Source: Gemmatimonadales bacterium (GTDB lineage: Bacteria > Gemmatimonadota > Gemmatimonadetes > Gemmatimonadales > GWC2-71-9). Taken from it: DNA of 60,669 nucleotides. The notes under the pieces are model-generated. The model saw only the letters and a program-made list of their open reading frames with translations, did no database searches and had not been told where the DNA came from. The DNA is taken from positions 1 to 60,669 of the forward strand of contig JBBQXQ010000005.1 of the NCBI GenBank assembly GCA_038209515.1, given 5' to 3'. Positions 28,173-36,510 of the stretch are shown piece by piece. Position numbers and translations under genes: made by a program. Numbering within the stretch: the first letter of the stretch is position 1; each line of letters begins with the position of its first letter.

Positions 28173-28958
28173 GTGCACTTCACCTGCGCCGCTCGCACTG
28201 ACGTCGGCATCGTCCGTACGGGCAACGAAGACAACTACATGATGCTGGCCGAGCAAGGCATCTTCATCGTCGCCGATGGGATGGGCGGCCATGCGGCCGG
28301 CGAGGTGGCGAGCGAGATGGCGGTGCGGATCACCTCGCAGTTGATCGGCTCGCTCCGGGGATCCAGCGACGAGGAAGCCGGCGAACGGATCCGCAACGCT
28401 ATCCGCTCGGCCAACGATGCCATCTTCGAGCGCACCCTGTCGGAGCACGACAAGCGGGGTATGGGGACGACGGTGACCGTCCTGGTGCTGTTGCCGGATC
28501 GCTATCTCATCGGCCAGGTGGGTGACAGCAGGGCATACCTTTTCCGGGACGGGCAGTTCCACCAGCTCACCAAGGACCACTCGTACGTTCAGGAGCAGGT
28601 CGACGCGGGTCTTCTCACCCCGGACCAGGCCCGGGTGCATCCCTATAGCAACGTGATCACCCGCTGTGTCGGCGCTGGGATGGATGTGGTGCCCGACATC
28701 TATTTCGGATCACTGGAGAAGGGGGACGTTCTCCTGCTGGCCTCGGACGGTCTCACCGGAATGCTGGAAGACGAGCAGCTCACTGACATTGTGATCTCCG
28801 ACGGGGGACCCCAGGCGTGGGTCGATCAAATGGTGGCGGAAGCCAACCGGAGGGGCGGACTCGACAACATCACGGCCATCGTGATCCGGATCGATTCGGT
28901 GGACAGCGACACGGGTGAGCATCCGGTCATGCCTGCCGCGGCCAGTCAGCGCTCCTGA
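28173..28958 (+). CDS. PP2C-family Ser/Thr phosphatase
   Basis: RTGNEDN, ADGMGGHAAGEVAS, GDSR.Y, SDGL and DNITAI motifs are present. The start is GTG. Confidence 0.9.
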   Translation: MHFTCAARTDVGIVRTGNEDNYMMLAEQGIFIVADGMGGHAAGEVASEMAVRITSQLIGSLRGSSDEEAGERIRNAIRSANDAIFERTLSEHDKRGMGTTVTVLVLLPDRYLIGQVGDSRAYLFRDGQFHQLTKDHSYVQEQVDAGLLTPDQARVHPYSNVITRCVGAGMDVVPDIYFGSLEKGDVLLLASDGLTGMLEDEQLTDIVISDGGPQAWVDQMVAEANRRGGLDNITAIVIRIDSVDSDTGEHPVMPAAASQRS

Positions 28959-29117
28959 GCGGAATCCCTCCATCATCGCCTGCGCCGTGGCGCAGTGGAC
29001 GTTCCCGTAGCGGGCACCGGTGATGCCCCGCACATCGCTTAATACCCCTTCGAGCTACCCTCGCTTGCCAGCAGGATAGAGGCATTCAGCGTTGTTCCCG
29101 AACAACGAGGAGGGTGT

Positions 29118-29378
29118 GTGGACGTTCTGACCTGGATCATCGTCGGGCTGGTTGCAGGGCTGCTGGCGTCCCTGGTCATGGGTGGGGTCGGCTACGGCAT
29201 TCTGGGTGACATCGTGCTCGGCATCCTCGGCGCGCTCATCGGAGGATGGCTCTTCGCCCAGATGGGGTGGGGGACGCCGTTCTCCGGGCTGGCAGGCGCG
29301 ATATTCGTCGCGTTCATCGGGGCCATAGTCCTGCTGGTCATCATCCGCCTTCTCCGCGGCGCCCGACGGACTCCCTGA
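29118..29378 (+). CDS. GlsB/YeaQ/YmgE transglycosylase-associated stress membrane protein
   Basis: WIIVGLVAGLLAS....G.LGDIVLGILGALIGGWLF is present. The GTG start follows AGGAGGG. Confidence 0.85.
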   Translation: MDVLTWIIVGLVAGLLASLVMGGVGYGILGDIVLGILGALIGGWLFAQMGWGTPFSGLAGAIFVAFIGAIVLLVIIRLLRGARRTP

Positions 29379-29754
29379 CTCCGAGCTCGCGCTCCAGGCG
29401 TATGTTGGCCCGCTGGTAACGCCCGTCGGACTCCAGCGGAACCTCTACGAAACCATGTTTCCGGTAAAGCCGGAGGGCAGGCGCCAGCACCGTGTTGGAG
29501 ACAATGGTTACCCGCCTCGCGCCGATCTGCCGCGCGAAATCAACCGCCGCTTCCATCAGCAGGTCTCCGAGTCCGCGCCCGCGGGCGGCCGGAGCCACGG
29601 CCATCTTGGCGATCTCGCATTCACTGGGGCTGTGACAGAGCACGGCACAGGTGCCGAGCACGGTGTCGCCTTCGACTACAAAGAAGATCTGGCCGCCGGG
29701 GCCAAGTATGGTGCCGGCGGGATCAGCGAAGACCGCCCGGTCCGCGTCCTCCAA
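29341..29754 (-). CDS. GNAT acetyltransferase (5' end probably disrupted)
   Basis: ELAKMAV-type motif EIAKMAVAPAARGRGLGDLLMEAA and LYRKHGF are present. The first canonical start is a TTG. GNAT-like sequence continues upstream in frame without a start codon. Confidence 0.7.
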   Translation of the reverse strand: MEDADRAVFADPAGTILGPGGQIFFVVEGDTVLGTCAVLCHSPSECEIAKMAVAPAARGRGLGDLLMEAAVDFARQIGARRVTIVSNTVLAPALRLYRKHGFVEVPLESDGRYQRANIRLERELGVRESVGRRGEGG

Positions 29755-29894
29755 AACGAAGTGGCTTTCGATCCAGTCCCGGTTCAGCTGCTCGAATGCA
29801 GGCCGGAAATCTTCTCGGTAGGGACGACCGTGGGTCGCGGATCGGCCATCTTGCCAGGAGTCGCTATGCGTTGGTCATTCGTGCGCCAGCCTAC

Positions 29895-30371
29895 CTAGTA
29901 ACGCGCGAACGTTCTCGTGGTTCCATCCCTCTGGAACGCAACGACCTCGAATCCGGCGATCTTCGCTCCAGGTTGAGCCATCCCCGGTGTTCCTGAAGAC
30001 ATGCCAGGCACGGCGAGGCCGGTAACTCCGGGCTGCTGCCTCACCAGACGCTGGATGTCGGACGCGGGAACGTGCCCTTCGATGAGGTACTTGCCCACCA
30101 GGGCCGTGTGGCAGGACCGAACTCCCTCCGGTACGCCGAGCTGAGCCTTGATGGCATCCATGTCTTCCTCATCATGAACCACCGGCTCGAAGCCGTTATC
30201 GCGCACGTGGTCCACCCACTTGGCACAACATTCACAGCTACTGCTCTTGTAAATGGTGATCGGCGTCGGCTTGGCGGACGAGCCGGGGACCTCAGCGGCG
30301 AGCCGCCCACCGGCCATCCCCGCGACTACCAACCCGGAAATGCGAACCACGAACGCACGTCGGTTGATCAT
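29895..30371 (-). CDS. DUF411 (CopG-like) periplasmic metal-binding protein
   Basis: A Tat/Sec-like signal is followed by the Cys motif SSSCECCAKW and EGHVP. Confidence 0.75.
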   Translation of the reverse strand: MINRRAFVVRISGLVVAGMAGGRLAAEVPGSSAKPTPITIYKSSSCECCAKWVDHVRDNGFEPVVHDEEDMDAIKAQLGVPEGVRSCHTALVGKYLIEGHVPASDIQRLVRQQPGVTGLAVPGMSSGTPGMAQPGAKIAGFEVVAFQRDGTTRTFARY

Positions 30372-30384
30372 TTCGTGTCCCCTG

Positions 30385-31695
30385 TCAGATAAGCGATGAC
30401 GCTGCCGCCACTCGCGCTTCGACCTGTTCCGCGGGCCACGTCAGCAGGGGCACCACTGGCTCGAGCGAGCGGCTCGGCGGACTCGACACAAAGATGCGCA
30501 GACGGCGAGCGCTCCGGTACAGCTCGTCCGCCACTCGGGGAAGTCCCAGGTGCCCGGCTCGACCGGCATCGGTCAGGCGTTCGATGGTCCCGCTCCGGGT
30601 ACGGAGAGGAAGGTTGACACCGAGCATCGCGGTCCGGGCCGGGAAGTCCAGCAGCACGTCGCCAGGCGCCAAACCGACCTGCTCGGCAATCGCATCCTCG
30701 ACCCGCTCGAGCAGATCAGGGTCGCTGGTCACCCAGGGCTGAACGTCTCCGGGGACTTCGCTCGCCGGCAGGTCCAGTGCGCGCTTGTGCAGGCGACGTG
30801 CCCGGATGCAGGCGGCGAGTCCGCTCTGGTCGCGCGCGAGGAGCAGCTCCATCAGCCCGTCGTCGGTGGCATCGGCGATGGCCTGCACCGTTACGGTTCC
30901 GCGCCGCACGGCGATGCGCACCGCCCGCTTGAACATGCAGGTTGCCGATCGAACGGCGTGGTGCCAGTAGACATTCCGGTACATCTGGTACTTGGCGAAC
31001 AGGAGCGACTCCAGTGCGCTCACACCTTTCTCCTGCACGCCGACCTCGAAATGCCCGGGCTCGACCTCGACCACCGTGAGTGACGAGAGCAGGCGGTCCA
31101 CGTCCACGGTTCCGTAGGGCACGCCGCACATCCGGGCGTCCCGGCTCAGATAATCGACCTTGTCGAGATCGATCGATCCGGAGATGAGTCCCTGGAGCGG
31201 ACTCCGGCTCGACCCGGTGATGAGGGCACCTATGATGCGAGGGAAATCGAGGCCACCGATCTGGATCAAACGCTCGCCCAACAGCCCTTGCGAGAGCTTG
31301 GTGACTCCTAGCGTCTCGTGCGACGGAAAGCCCGCCTCTTCCAGGGCATGGGAGAATGGATAGTGGCCGATGTCGTGCAGCAACGCGGCCATGCGGACTG
31401 CCAGGCACTCCTCCGCCGTCGCGGGGCCCAACTCGCCCAGCTCCTCGAGGGCGGCCAGTGCCCGCCGCGTCAGGTGATAAGCGCCGAGTGCGTGCTCGAA
31501 ACGCGTGTGGGTGGCGCCGGGATAGACGAGGAAGGAATGACCCACTTGACGAATGTAGCGAAGACGCTGGACGGCGGGCGTGTCGAGGGCAAGCAGGGCG
31601 GGGTGGTCGACCCGGATGTTGTCCCAGAGCGGATCGCGGATAATCTCGGAAAGGGCGGGAAAGGCGGGAAGGTCGGGAAGGTGGCGCGGGTTCAC
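30385..31695 (-). CDS. HD-domain phosphohydrolase (COG1078, dNTPase-like)
   Basis: IRDPLWDNIRV...QRLRYIRQVG...THTRFEHALGAYHL...LLHDIGHYPFSH is present. I chose the GTG at 31695. The ORF-track extension to 32118 reads through a repeat array and overlaps pckA. Confidence 0.8.
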   Translation of the reverse strand: MNPRHLPDLPAFPALSEIIRDPLWDNIRVDHPALLALDTPAVQRLRYIRQVGHSFLVYPGATHTRFEHALGAYHLTRRALAALEELGELGPATAEECLAVRMAALLHDIGHYPFSHALEEAGFPSHETLGVTKLSQGLLGERLIQIGGLDFPRIIGALITGSSRSPLQGLISGSIDLDKVDYLSRDARMCGVPYGTVDVDRLLSSLTVVEVEPGHFEVGVQEKGVSALESLLFAKYQMYRNVYWHHAVRSATCMFKRAVRIAVRRGTVTVQAIADATDDGLMELLLARDQSGLAACIRARRLHKRALDLPASEVPGDVQPWVTSDPDLLERVEDAIAEQVGLAPGDVLLDFPARTAMLGVNLPLRTRSGTIERLTDAGRAGHLGLPRVADELYRSARRLRIFVSSPPSRSLEPVVPLLTWPAEQVEARVAAASSLI

Positions 31696-31798
31696 CCCTT
31701 CGGCTTTTTTCTCGGATGCCGATCCCGGCCGCGTCTGGTGAGCTGTCAACTTTCCGCCTTTCCCGCCTTTCCCGTCCTTCCCGTCTTTCCCGTCCTTC
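31648..31798. repeat. Inverted pair of CGG-core nonamer arrays (4 + 5 units, about 65-nt spacer)
   Basis: The left arm is ggaaagggc gggaaaggc gggaaggtc gggaaggtg (31648-31684). The right arm is ctttccgcc tttcccgcc tttcccgtcc ttcccgtc tttcccgtcc (31750-31798), which abuts the pckA stop codon. Confidence 0.9.
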
Positions 31799-33395
31799 AA
31801 GCAGGCCCCGCCTTGGCCACCGCGTCCGGCACCTGCGACCGGTATTGTTCGAAGTTTTCCCGAAACATCGTGGCCAGCTTCCTGGCCTGGACGTCGTAGG
31901 CCTTCGGATCGGCCCAGGTGCCGCGCGGCGACAGAACCTCCTGAGGCACCTCGGGTACGCTCGCCGGCACCTCGAACCCGAAGACTGGGTCGCGGGTGAA
32001 CTTGCCACCCTCGATCGCTCCTGACAGAGCGGCGCGCAGCATCGCCCGGGTGAGTGACAACTTCATCCGCGAGCCGGTGCCATAAGGGCCCCCGGTCCAG
32101 CCGGTGTTCACCAGCCACACCTTGGCTCCATGACGACCGATCCGCTCACCCAGCATCTGCGCGTAGACACTCGGGTGCAGCGGCAGAAACGGCGCGCCGA
32201 AGCAGGCGGAGAACGTGGCCGTGGGCTCGGTGACCCCACGCTCGGTGCCGGCGACCTTGGCCGTGTACCCCGAGAGGAAGTGGTACATCGCCTGCTCGGC
32301 CGTGAGTCGCGCGATCGGCGGCATGACGCCGAAGGCATCAGCCGCGAGGAACACCACATTCCTGGGATGGCCACCGGCGCCGCTGGGGACGTGGTTGGGG
32401 ATCGACTGAAGCGGGTAGCAGGCGCGGGTATTCTCGGTGATGGTGTCGGCATCGAAGTTGACGGCCCGAGTGACGGGGTCGAGCACCACATTTTCGAGAA
32501 CCGTTCCGAACATCTGAGTGGCGGCATAGATCTCGGGCTCGGTGTCGGGGCGAAGCCGGATCACCTTGGCGTAACAGCCGCCCTCGAAGTTGAACACCCC
32601 CCGGTCGCTCCAGCCATGCTCGTCGTCCCCGATGAGCTGGCGGGTGGGATCGGCCGAGAGCGTTGTCTTGCCGGTGCCGGAAAGACCGAAGAAGATCGCC
32701 GTGTCGCCGCCGGGGCCGATATTTGCCGAGCAGTGCATCGGCATGACTCCCCGCGCCGGCAGCAGATAATTGAGCGCGGAAAAGATGGACTTCTTCATCT
32801 CTCCCGCGTATCGGGTGCCACCGATCAGCACCACCTTCTTGGTAAAGCTGATCACCACGAAGGTTCCGCTGCGGGTTCCGTGGCGGGCGGGATCGGCTTG
32901 GAGGTCGGGCGCGTGGAGCACCGTGAAGCCGGGGCGGAACTGCGCCAGCTCGGGCGGGAGCGCGCGGATGAACATGTTCCGCACGAACAGCGCGTGCCAC
33001 GAGTTCGGCGTGACAAACCGGACCGACAGGCGGTAGGCTGGATCGGCGCCGGCGAAGAGGTCCTGCACGAACACTTCGCGGGCGTCCAGATAGGCCCGTA
33101 CGTCTTCTTGCAGCCGCTCGAAGGCCGCCGGATCGATCCGGGCGTTCTTTTCCCACCAGATCCGGTCGCTGATGCCGGGCTCATCGACCAGGAACTTGTC
33201 CTTTGCCGAGCGGCCGGTGTGGGGCGCGGTCACCGCCGTGAACGCCCCGCGATCGGTCAGGATTCCTTCGCTCCGCCGGAGTGCGTGCTCGATGAGCACG
33301 GGCGGAGTCAGGTTCGCGTGAATGCGAATGGGGAAGAGACCGTGCTCGACGAGGATGAGATTTTCGCGCGGAACGGCGGTGCTTTCGATGGTCAT
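31797..33395 (-). CDS. pckA: Phosphoenolpyruvate carboxykinase (ATP)
   Basis: The kinase-1a motif [13 protein letters not shown] is present, along with TGRSAKDKF and the typical 532-aa length. Confidence 0.95.
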   Translation of the reverse strand: MTIESTAVPRENLILVEHGLFPIRIHANLTPPVLIEHALRRSEGILTDRGAFTAVTAPHTGRSAKDKFLVDEPGISDRIWWEKNARIDPAAFERLQEDVRAYLDAREVFVQDLFAGADPAYRLSVRFVTPNSWHALFVRNMFIRALPPELAQFRPGFTVLHAPDLQADPARHGTRSGTFVVISFTKKVVLIGGTRYAGEMKKSIFSALNYLLPARGVMPMHCSANIGPGGDTAIFFGLSGTGKTTLSADPTRQLIGDDEHGWSDRGVFNFEGGCYAKVIRLRPDTEPEIYAATQMFGTVLENVVLDPVTRAVNFDADTITENTRACYPLQSIPNHVPSGAGGHPRNVVFLAADAFGVMPPIARLTAEQAMYHFLSGYTAKVAGTERGVTEPTATFSACFGAPFLPLHPSVYAQMLGERIGRHGAKVWLVNTGWTGGPYGTGSRMKLSLTRAMLRAALSGAIEGGKFTRDPVFGFEVPASVPEVPQEVLSPRGTWADPKAYDVQARKLATMFRENFEQYRSQVPDAVAKAGPA

Positions 33396-33432
33396 ATGTG
33401 TAAGATCCCTAGCTCCGCGTTGGCGTGCAACC

Positions 33433-34104
33433 TCAGCGTGTTCCGATCGAAAGATTGGGCTGCAAGTGGTATGCTGCCTCTACCGTAGCGCCATCCCGGG
33501 CGCTGAGCGCCGGCACGACTGGATCACCGAACATGATGTCGGTGGCCACTGGCGAATGCGCGAAGATACCGATGGCGTGTCCCAGCTCATGGGTCGTGGT
33601 CAGAGCCAGGCACTCGGCCACCCCCGGGGTGGCTGGATCGAACCGGGGGTTGACGAAAACCCGGATGGGCGGCACGAGCTCGAGGCTTCCGCTCGGCAAA
33701 TCGAAGTCGGTACCGCCCTCACACTCTGGCGCGGTGCTCGCCAGCCGGATCACACTGAACCCGCCGTTGACCGGGCTCCCCGCCCGTACCACGACATCGG
33801 CCGTGCTGGAGTCGGGCACGATGACGGCGTCGAACTCACCGTACAGAAAAGCCGCTTTCCACTGGTCTATACCGCCTTGCACATCGCTCGGAAGGTTCAG
33901 CGTGTCCTCAACCCAAACCCTGACCGGCAAGCGGGACCTCGGCCAGTGAAAGCTGAGGGTATCAGCCGTCCCCGGGCCTGTGGCGACGATGCGCCGCCAC
34001 TCGTACCTGTCGGCGCGACTTGGAGATGCAATGTCGGCACAGGCCAGGGCGGCCACGGCCCCACCCAGGCCAAAAAGTATCGGCAGATGATCGGGAAGCT
34101 TCAT
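33433..34104 (-). CDS. Zinc metalloprotease-like lipoprotein (HELGHAIG, matrixin-like)
   Basis: The lipobox is AALAC and the HExxHxxG motif is [13 protein letters not shown]. The ATGA overlaps the upstream gene. Confidence 0.65.
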   Translation of the reverse strand: MKLPDHLPILFGLGGAVAALACADIASPSRADRYEWRRIVATGPGTADTLSFHWPRSRLPVRVWVEDTLNLPSDVQGGIDQWKAAFLYGEFDAVIVPDSSTADVVVRAGSPVNGGFSVIRLASTAPECEGGTDFDLPSGSLELVPPIRVFVNPRFDPATPGVAECLALTTTHELGHAIGIFAHSPVATDIMFGDPVVPALSARDGATVEAAYHLQPNLSIGTR

Positions 34105-34700
34105 CGTCGCCCCCGCGCCAGACCCACCGAGGCCGACACCCGCTGCACTCCCTGGGTTCCACTGAAGCCGCGGGCCACCAGCTCGTCGGTGGTGAAGCGG
34201 TGGAAATCATAGCGCAACGACATCATCAACTCCCATCGTGGGAATACCGGCCGCCGGTAGTCCAGCCCGGCTCCAGCCAGAAAGCGAGTGCTTCCTCCTC
34301 CCAGGAAAATGCCGCGCTTCTCGGCGGGCCAGTAACTGAGCAGGCCCGCTCCCGCCCGCCAGCGCAGCTGCCGCCAGACCGGACCATCGAGCCCCAGCAT
34401 GATCGAGCCGGTGCGGAGGGTGCCGAGGTCCGTCTGGCTGCCTGACTCGGTACTATGGAATCCCGATGAAGTCACGGTGACCTCGAGACCTGCCCCATAC
34501 AGCGGTGTAAACGGGAAGGAGACACCCAGTGCCAAGGTGGGTGCGAGACTCTGGCGAACCTCGATTTGCTGCAGGATATCGTCTTTCAGAAGCTTGGTGG
34601 TGCCGGTGAGACCCAGCCGGGCATAGAAATCCGTCTGCGCCTCCGCTGCCGACAGGCTGGCGGCGGTGAGAACGACCAGCAGGGCCACGGCGGCTCGCAT
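34101..34700 (-). CDS. Outer-membrane beta-barrel protein
   Basis: The internal ATG gives the signal peptide MRAAVALLVVLTAASLSAAEA. Alternating hydrophobic beta-strand patterns follow. The longer ORF start is Pro/Arg-rich junk. Confidence 0.6.
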   Translation of the reverse strand: MRAAVALLVVLTAASLSAAEAQTDFYARLGLTGTTKLLKDDILQQIEVRQSLAPTLALGVSFPFTPLYGAGLEVTVTSSGFHSTESGSQTDLGTLRTGSIMLGLDGPVWRQLRWRAGAGLLSYWPAEKRGIFLGGGSTRFLAGAGLDYRRPVFPRWELMMSLRYDFHRFTTDELVARGFSGTQGVQRVSASVGLARGRR

Positions 34701-34732
34701 TCCCGAAAGTATGATCGGAGAAGGAGAGGGGG

Positions 34733-35617
34733 TCAACGCGCGGTGCGTCCCCCCCGGGCGTAACTCCTGAGCCGCCGAAGCATCTTCCGGTCGGCCGTGA
34801 CCTGGTCGTCGCCCTTGGGAGTCTCCAGGATCTTGATCACGTGGGCCAGCCGGGGGTCGGTCATGATCCGGCGAAATGGCCCCGGACCGAGGGATCCTTC
34901 GCCGATCAGCTGGTGCCGATCGCGGCAGGATGCAAAAGGTGTCTTCGAATCGTTCAGATGCAGGCAACGGAGTTGGTCGAGGCCGAGGATCTCATCCCAC
35001 CGCCGCCAGACGCCGTCGTAGTCACCCACTAGGTCGTAGCCTGCGGAGTAGAGGTGGCAGGTGTCGGCACAGAAGGCTACCCGGTGGCGGACCTCATCCC
35101 CGACGAGGCTGCGCAGCAGGGCGAGCTCCTCGAAGGAGCTCCCGAGGGACGTGCCACAGCCTGCCGTGGTCTCGAGAAGCACGACGACCGTGCCGGGAGC
35201 CGCCTGCAGGCAGCGGGTGTAGGCGCCGGCGTTACGCACCAGGCCGGCACTCCGGTCGTCGATGTAGTTGCCCGGGTGCGACACCAGCAACGGGATGCCG
35301 AACGCCTCGCAACGCCGAAGTTCAGCCACGAAAGCCGCCTCGGAGCGGCTACTTAAGACGGGATCCGGCGAGGCGAGGTTGATAAGGTACGAATCATGCC
35401 CCACTATATTGGATAGCTGGTACCGCTCGCATTCCCGGCGGAACGTGGTATATGACTCGGATGAGACGCCCGGCTCGCGCCACTGGCTGGGCGTCTTGGT
35501 GAACACCTGGATTGCGGTCGCCCCGATCGCCTTACCTCTGACTGGCGCCTTATCGACGCCGCCCTGGACCGACACATGGGCTCCCAGACGCTCTGCTGTA
35601 CGATTACGCTGGTCCAT
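34733..35617 (-). CDS. nfo: Endonuclease IV
   Basis: LGAHVS..GG, VSHPGNY, the LETTAG motif and the HLNDSK motif are present. Confidence 0.9.
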   Translation of the reverse strand: MDQRNRTAERLGAHVSVQGGVDKAPVRGKAIGATAIQVFTKTPSQWREPGVSSESYTTFRRECERYQLSNIVGHDSYLINLASPDPVLSSRSEAAFVAELRRCEAFGIPLLVSHPGNYIDDRSAGLVRNAGAYTRCLQAAPGTVVVLLETTAGCGTSLGSSFEELALLRSLVGDEVRHRVAFCADTCHLYSAGYDLVGDYDGVWRRWDEILGLDQLRCLHLNDSKTPFASCRDRHQLIGEGSLGPGPFRRIMTDPRLAHVIKILETPKGDDQVTADRKMLRRLRSYARGGRTAR

Positions 35618-35634
35618 TCGCTGCCCTCTATCGC

Positions 35635-36492
35635 GTGAGCGCGGAGGCAGTGGAGCACCCCACCCGCCCGAAAGTTCTCCTCGCGGGGGATGCGTCCGCC
35701 CGGCCGGCAGGCCTGGAACGGGCGCTCACCCGCGCCGGCTTTCGGCTCGTGGAGCGCGAGGGCGCCGCCACGGACCTCGAGGCCGATGCTGTGCTGATAA
35801 CCCTCGCCAAGGTGGACGGCGCGGCACTTGCCGATCTCATTCCGCGCAGCAGCGCCGAGCCTTCTACGATCCCGCCCCGCATCGTTCTCCTTTCCACCTC
35901 CGATCCTGACGGCCCCGCCAGGGCGCTGATTCAGGGAGCCGCGGATGCGCTGGCCGCTCCGATCCACTTGCCCGAGCTCTGCGCTCGTCTGCACGCGCGA
36001 ATCCGTGAGGCCAGCACTCCAGTTGAGACGGAGAATGAGCTCGACCGACGCGTGCAGGAGGAGCTGGAGCGGGCCCGGCGGTATTCGCTGAGCTTCAGCC
36101 TGGTCCTGCTCGGCATGGACGAACTGGCTGGGTTGAGCGAACGGCTGGGAGCAGAGGCCGCGGACCGCCGGCGGCGCGAGGTCGGCGGCGTGCTGCGCCG
36201 GGAGCTGCGGCTGCCCGATTTCGTCGTACCCTATGGTGTAGACGAGTTTGCGATCGTCCTGCCTGAGACCGACCAAAACGGCGCCCGCCAGTCCGTCACC
36301 CGGATCCGTGACCGTCTGGCAGCGGTACCCTTCGAGGGTGACCCCCGGGAGGAGAGTCCCCGCTTCAGCGCCGGCATCGTGACCTATCCTCACCCCACCG
36401 CGGTCCAGACCGACCACCTGTTCGCCCTGGCCGAGGCTGCCCTGGTGCGAGGAAAGGCACAGTCCGGCGAGCGGATCGGGTTGGCAATGTAA
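35635..36492 (+). CDS. Pseudo-receiver + GGDEF-domain protein (active-site variant GVDEF, I-site RLPD present)
   Basis: The receiver-like N-domain lacks the phospho-Asp (DAVLITL) and the conserved Lys. The GGDEF domain reads RRYSLSFSLVLLGMD....RLPDFVVPYGVDEFAIVLPETD. Confidence 0.8.
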   Translation: MSAEAVEHPTRPKVLLAGDASARPAGLERALTRAGFRLVEREGAATDLEADAVLITLAKVDGAALADLIPRSSAEPSTIPPRIVLLSTSDPDGPARALIQGAADALAAPIHLPELCARLHARIREASTPVETENELDRRVQEELERARRYSLSFSLVLLGMDELAGLSERLGAEAADRRRREVGGVLRRELRLPDFVVPYGVDEFAIVLPETDQNGARQSVTRIRDRLAAVPFEGDPREESPRFSAGIVTYPHPTAVQTDHLFALAEAALVRGKAQSGERIGLAM

Positions 36493-36510
36493 GCGGGGAA
36501 GAGATCTTTT

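Noticed and set aside
26823-28958. I considered whether the FHA plus PP2C pair is a TerY-P-like or T6SS-associated phospho-signalling defence module.
   Set aside because: No TerY/VWA protein, Ser/Thr kinase or T6SS component is adjacent. The architecture fits generic Ser/Thr signalling.
29090-29107. A perfect 7-bp hairpin (CGTTGTT-cccg-AACAACG) abuts the Shine-Dalgarno sequence of the glsB-like stress gene. It could be a riboswitch or RNA thermometer.
   Set aside because: The stem does not sequester the SD or the start codon, and the 159-nt leader shows no other conserved-looking structure. It is too small to support a regulatory RNA call.
31696-32118. The ORF track extends the HD-hydrolase ORF at its N-terminus up to 32118.
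   Set aside because: The extension overlaps the 3' end of pckA by about 320 nt and reads through the nonamer array as DGKDGKDGKGGKGGK. Recognisable HD-family sequence only starts at about 31660, so the GTG at 31695 is preferred.
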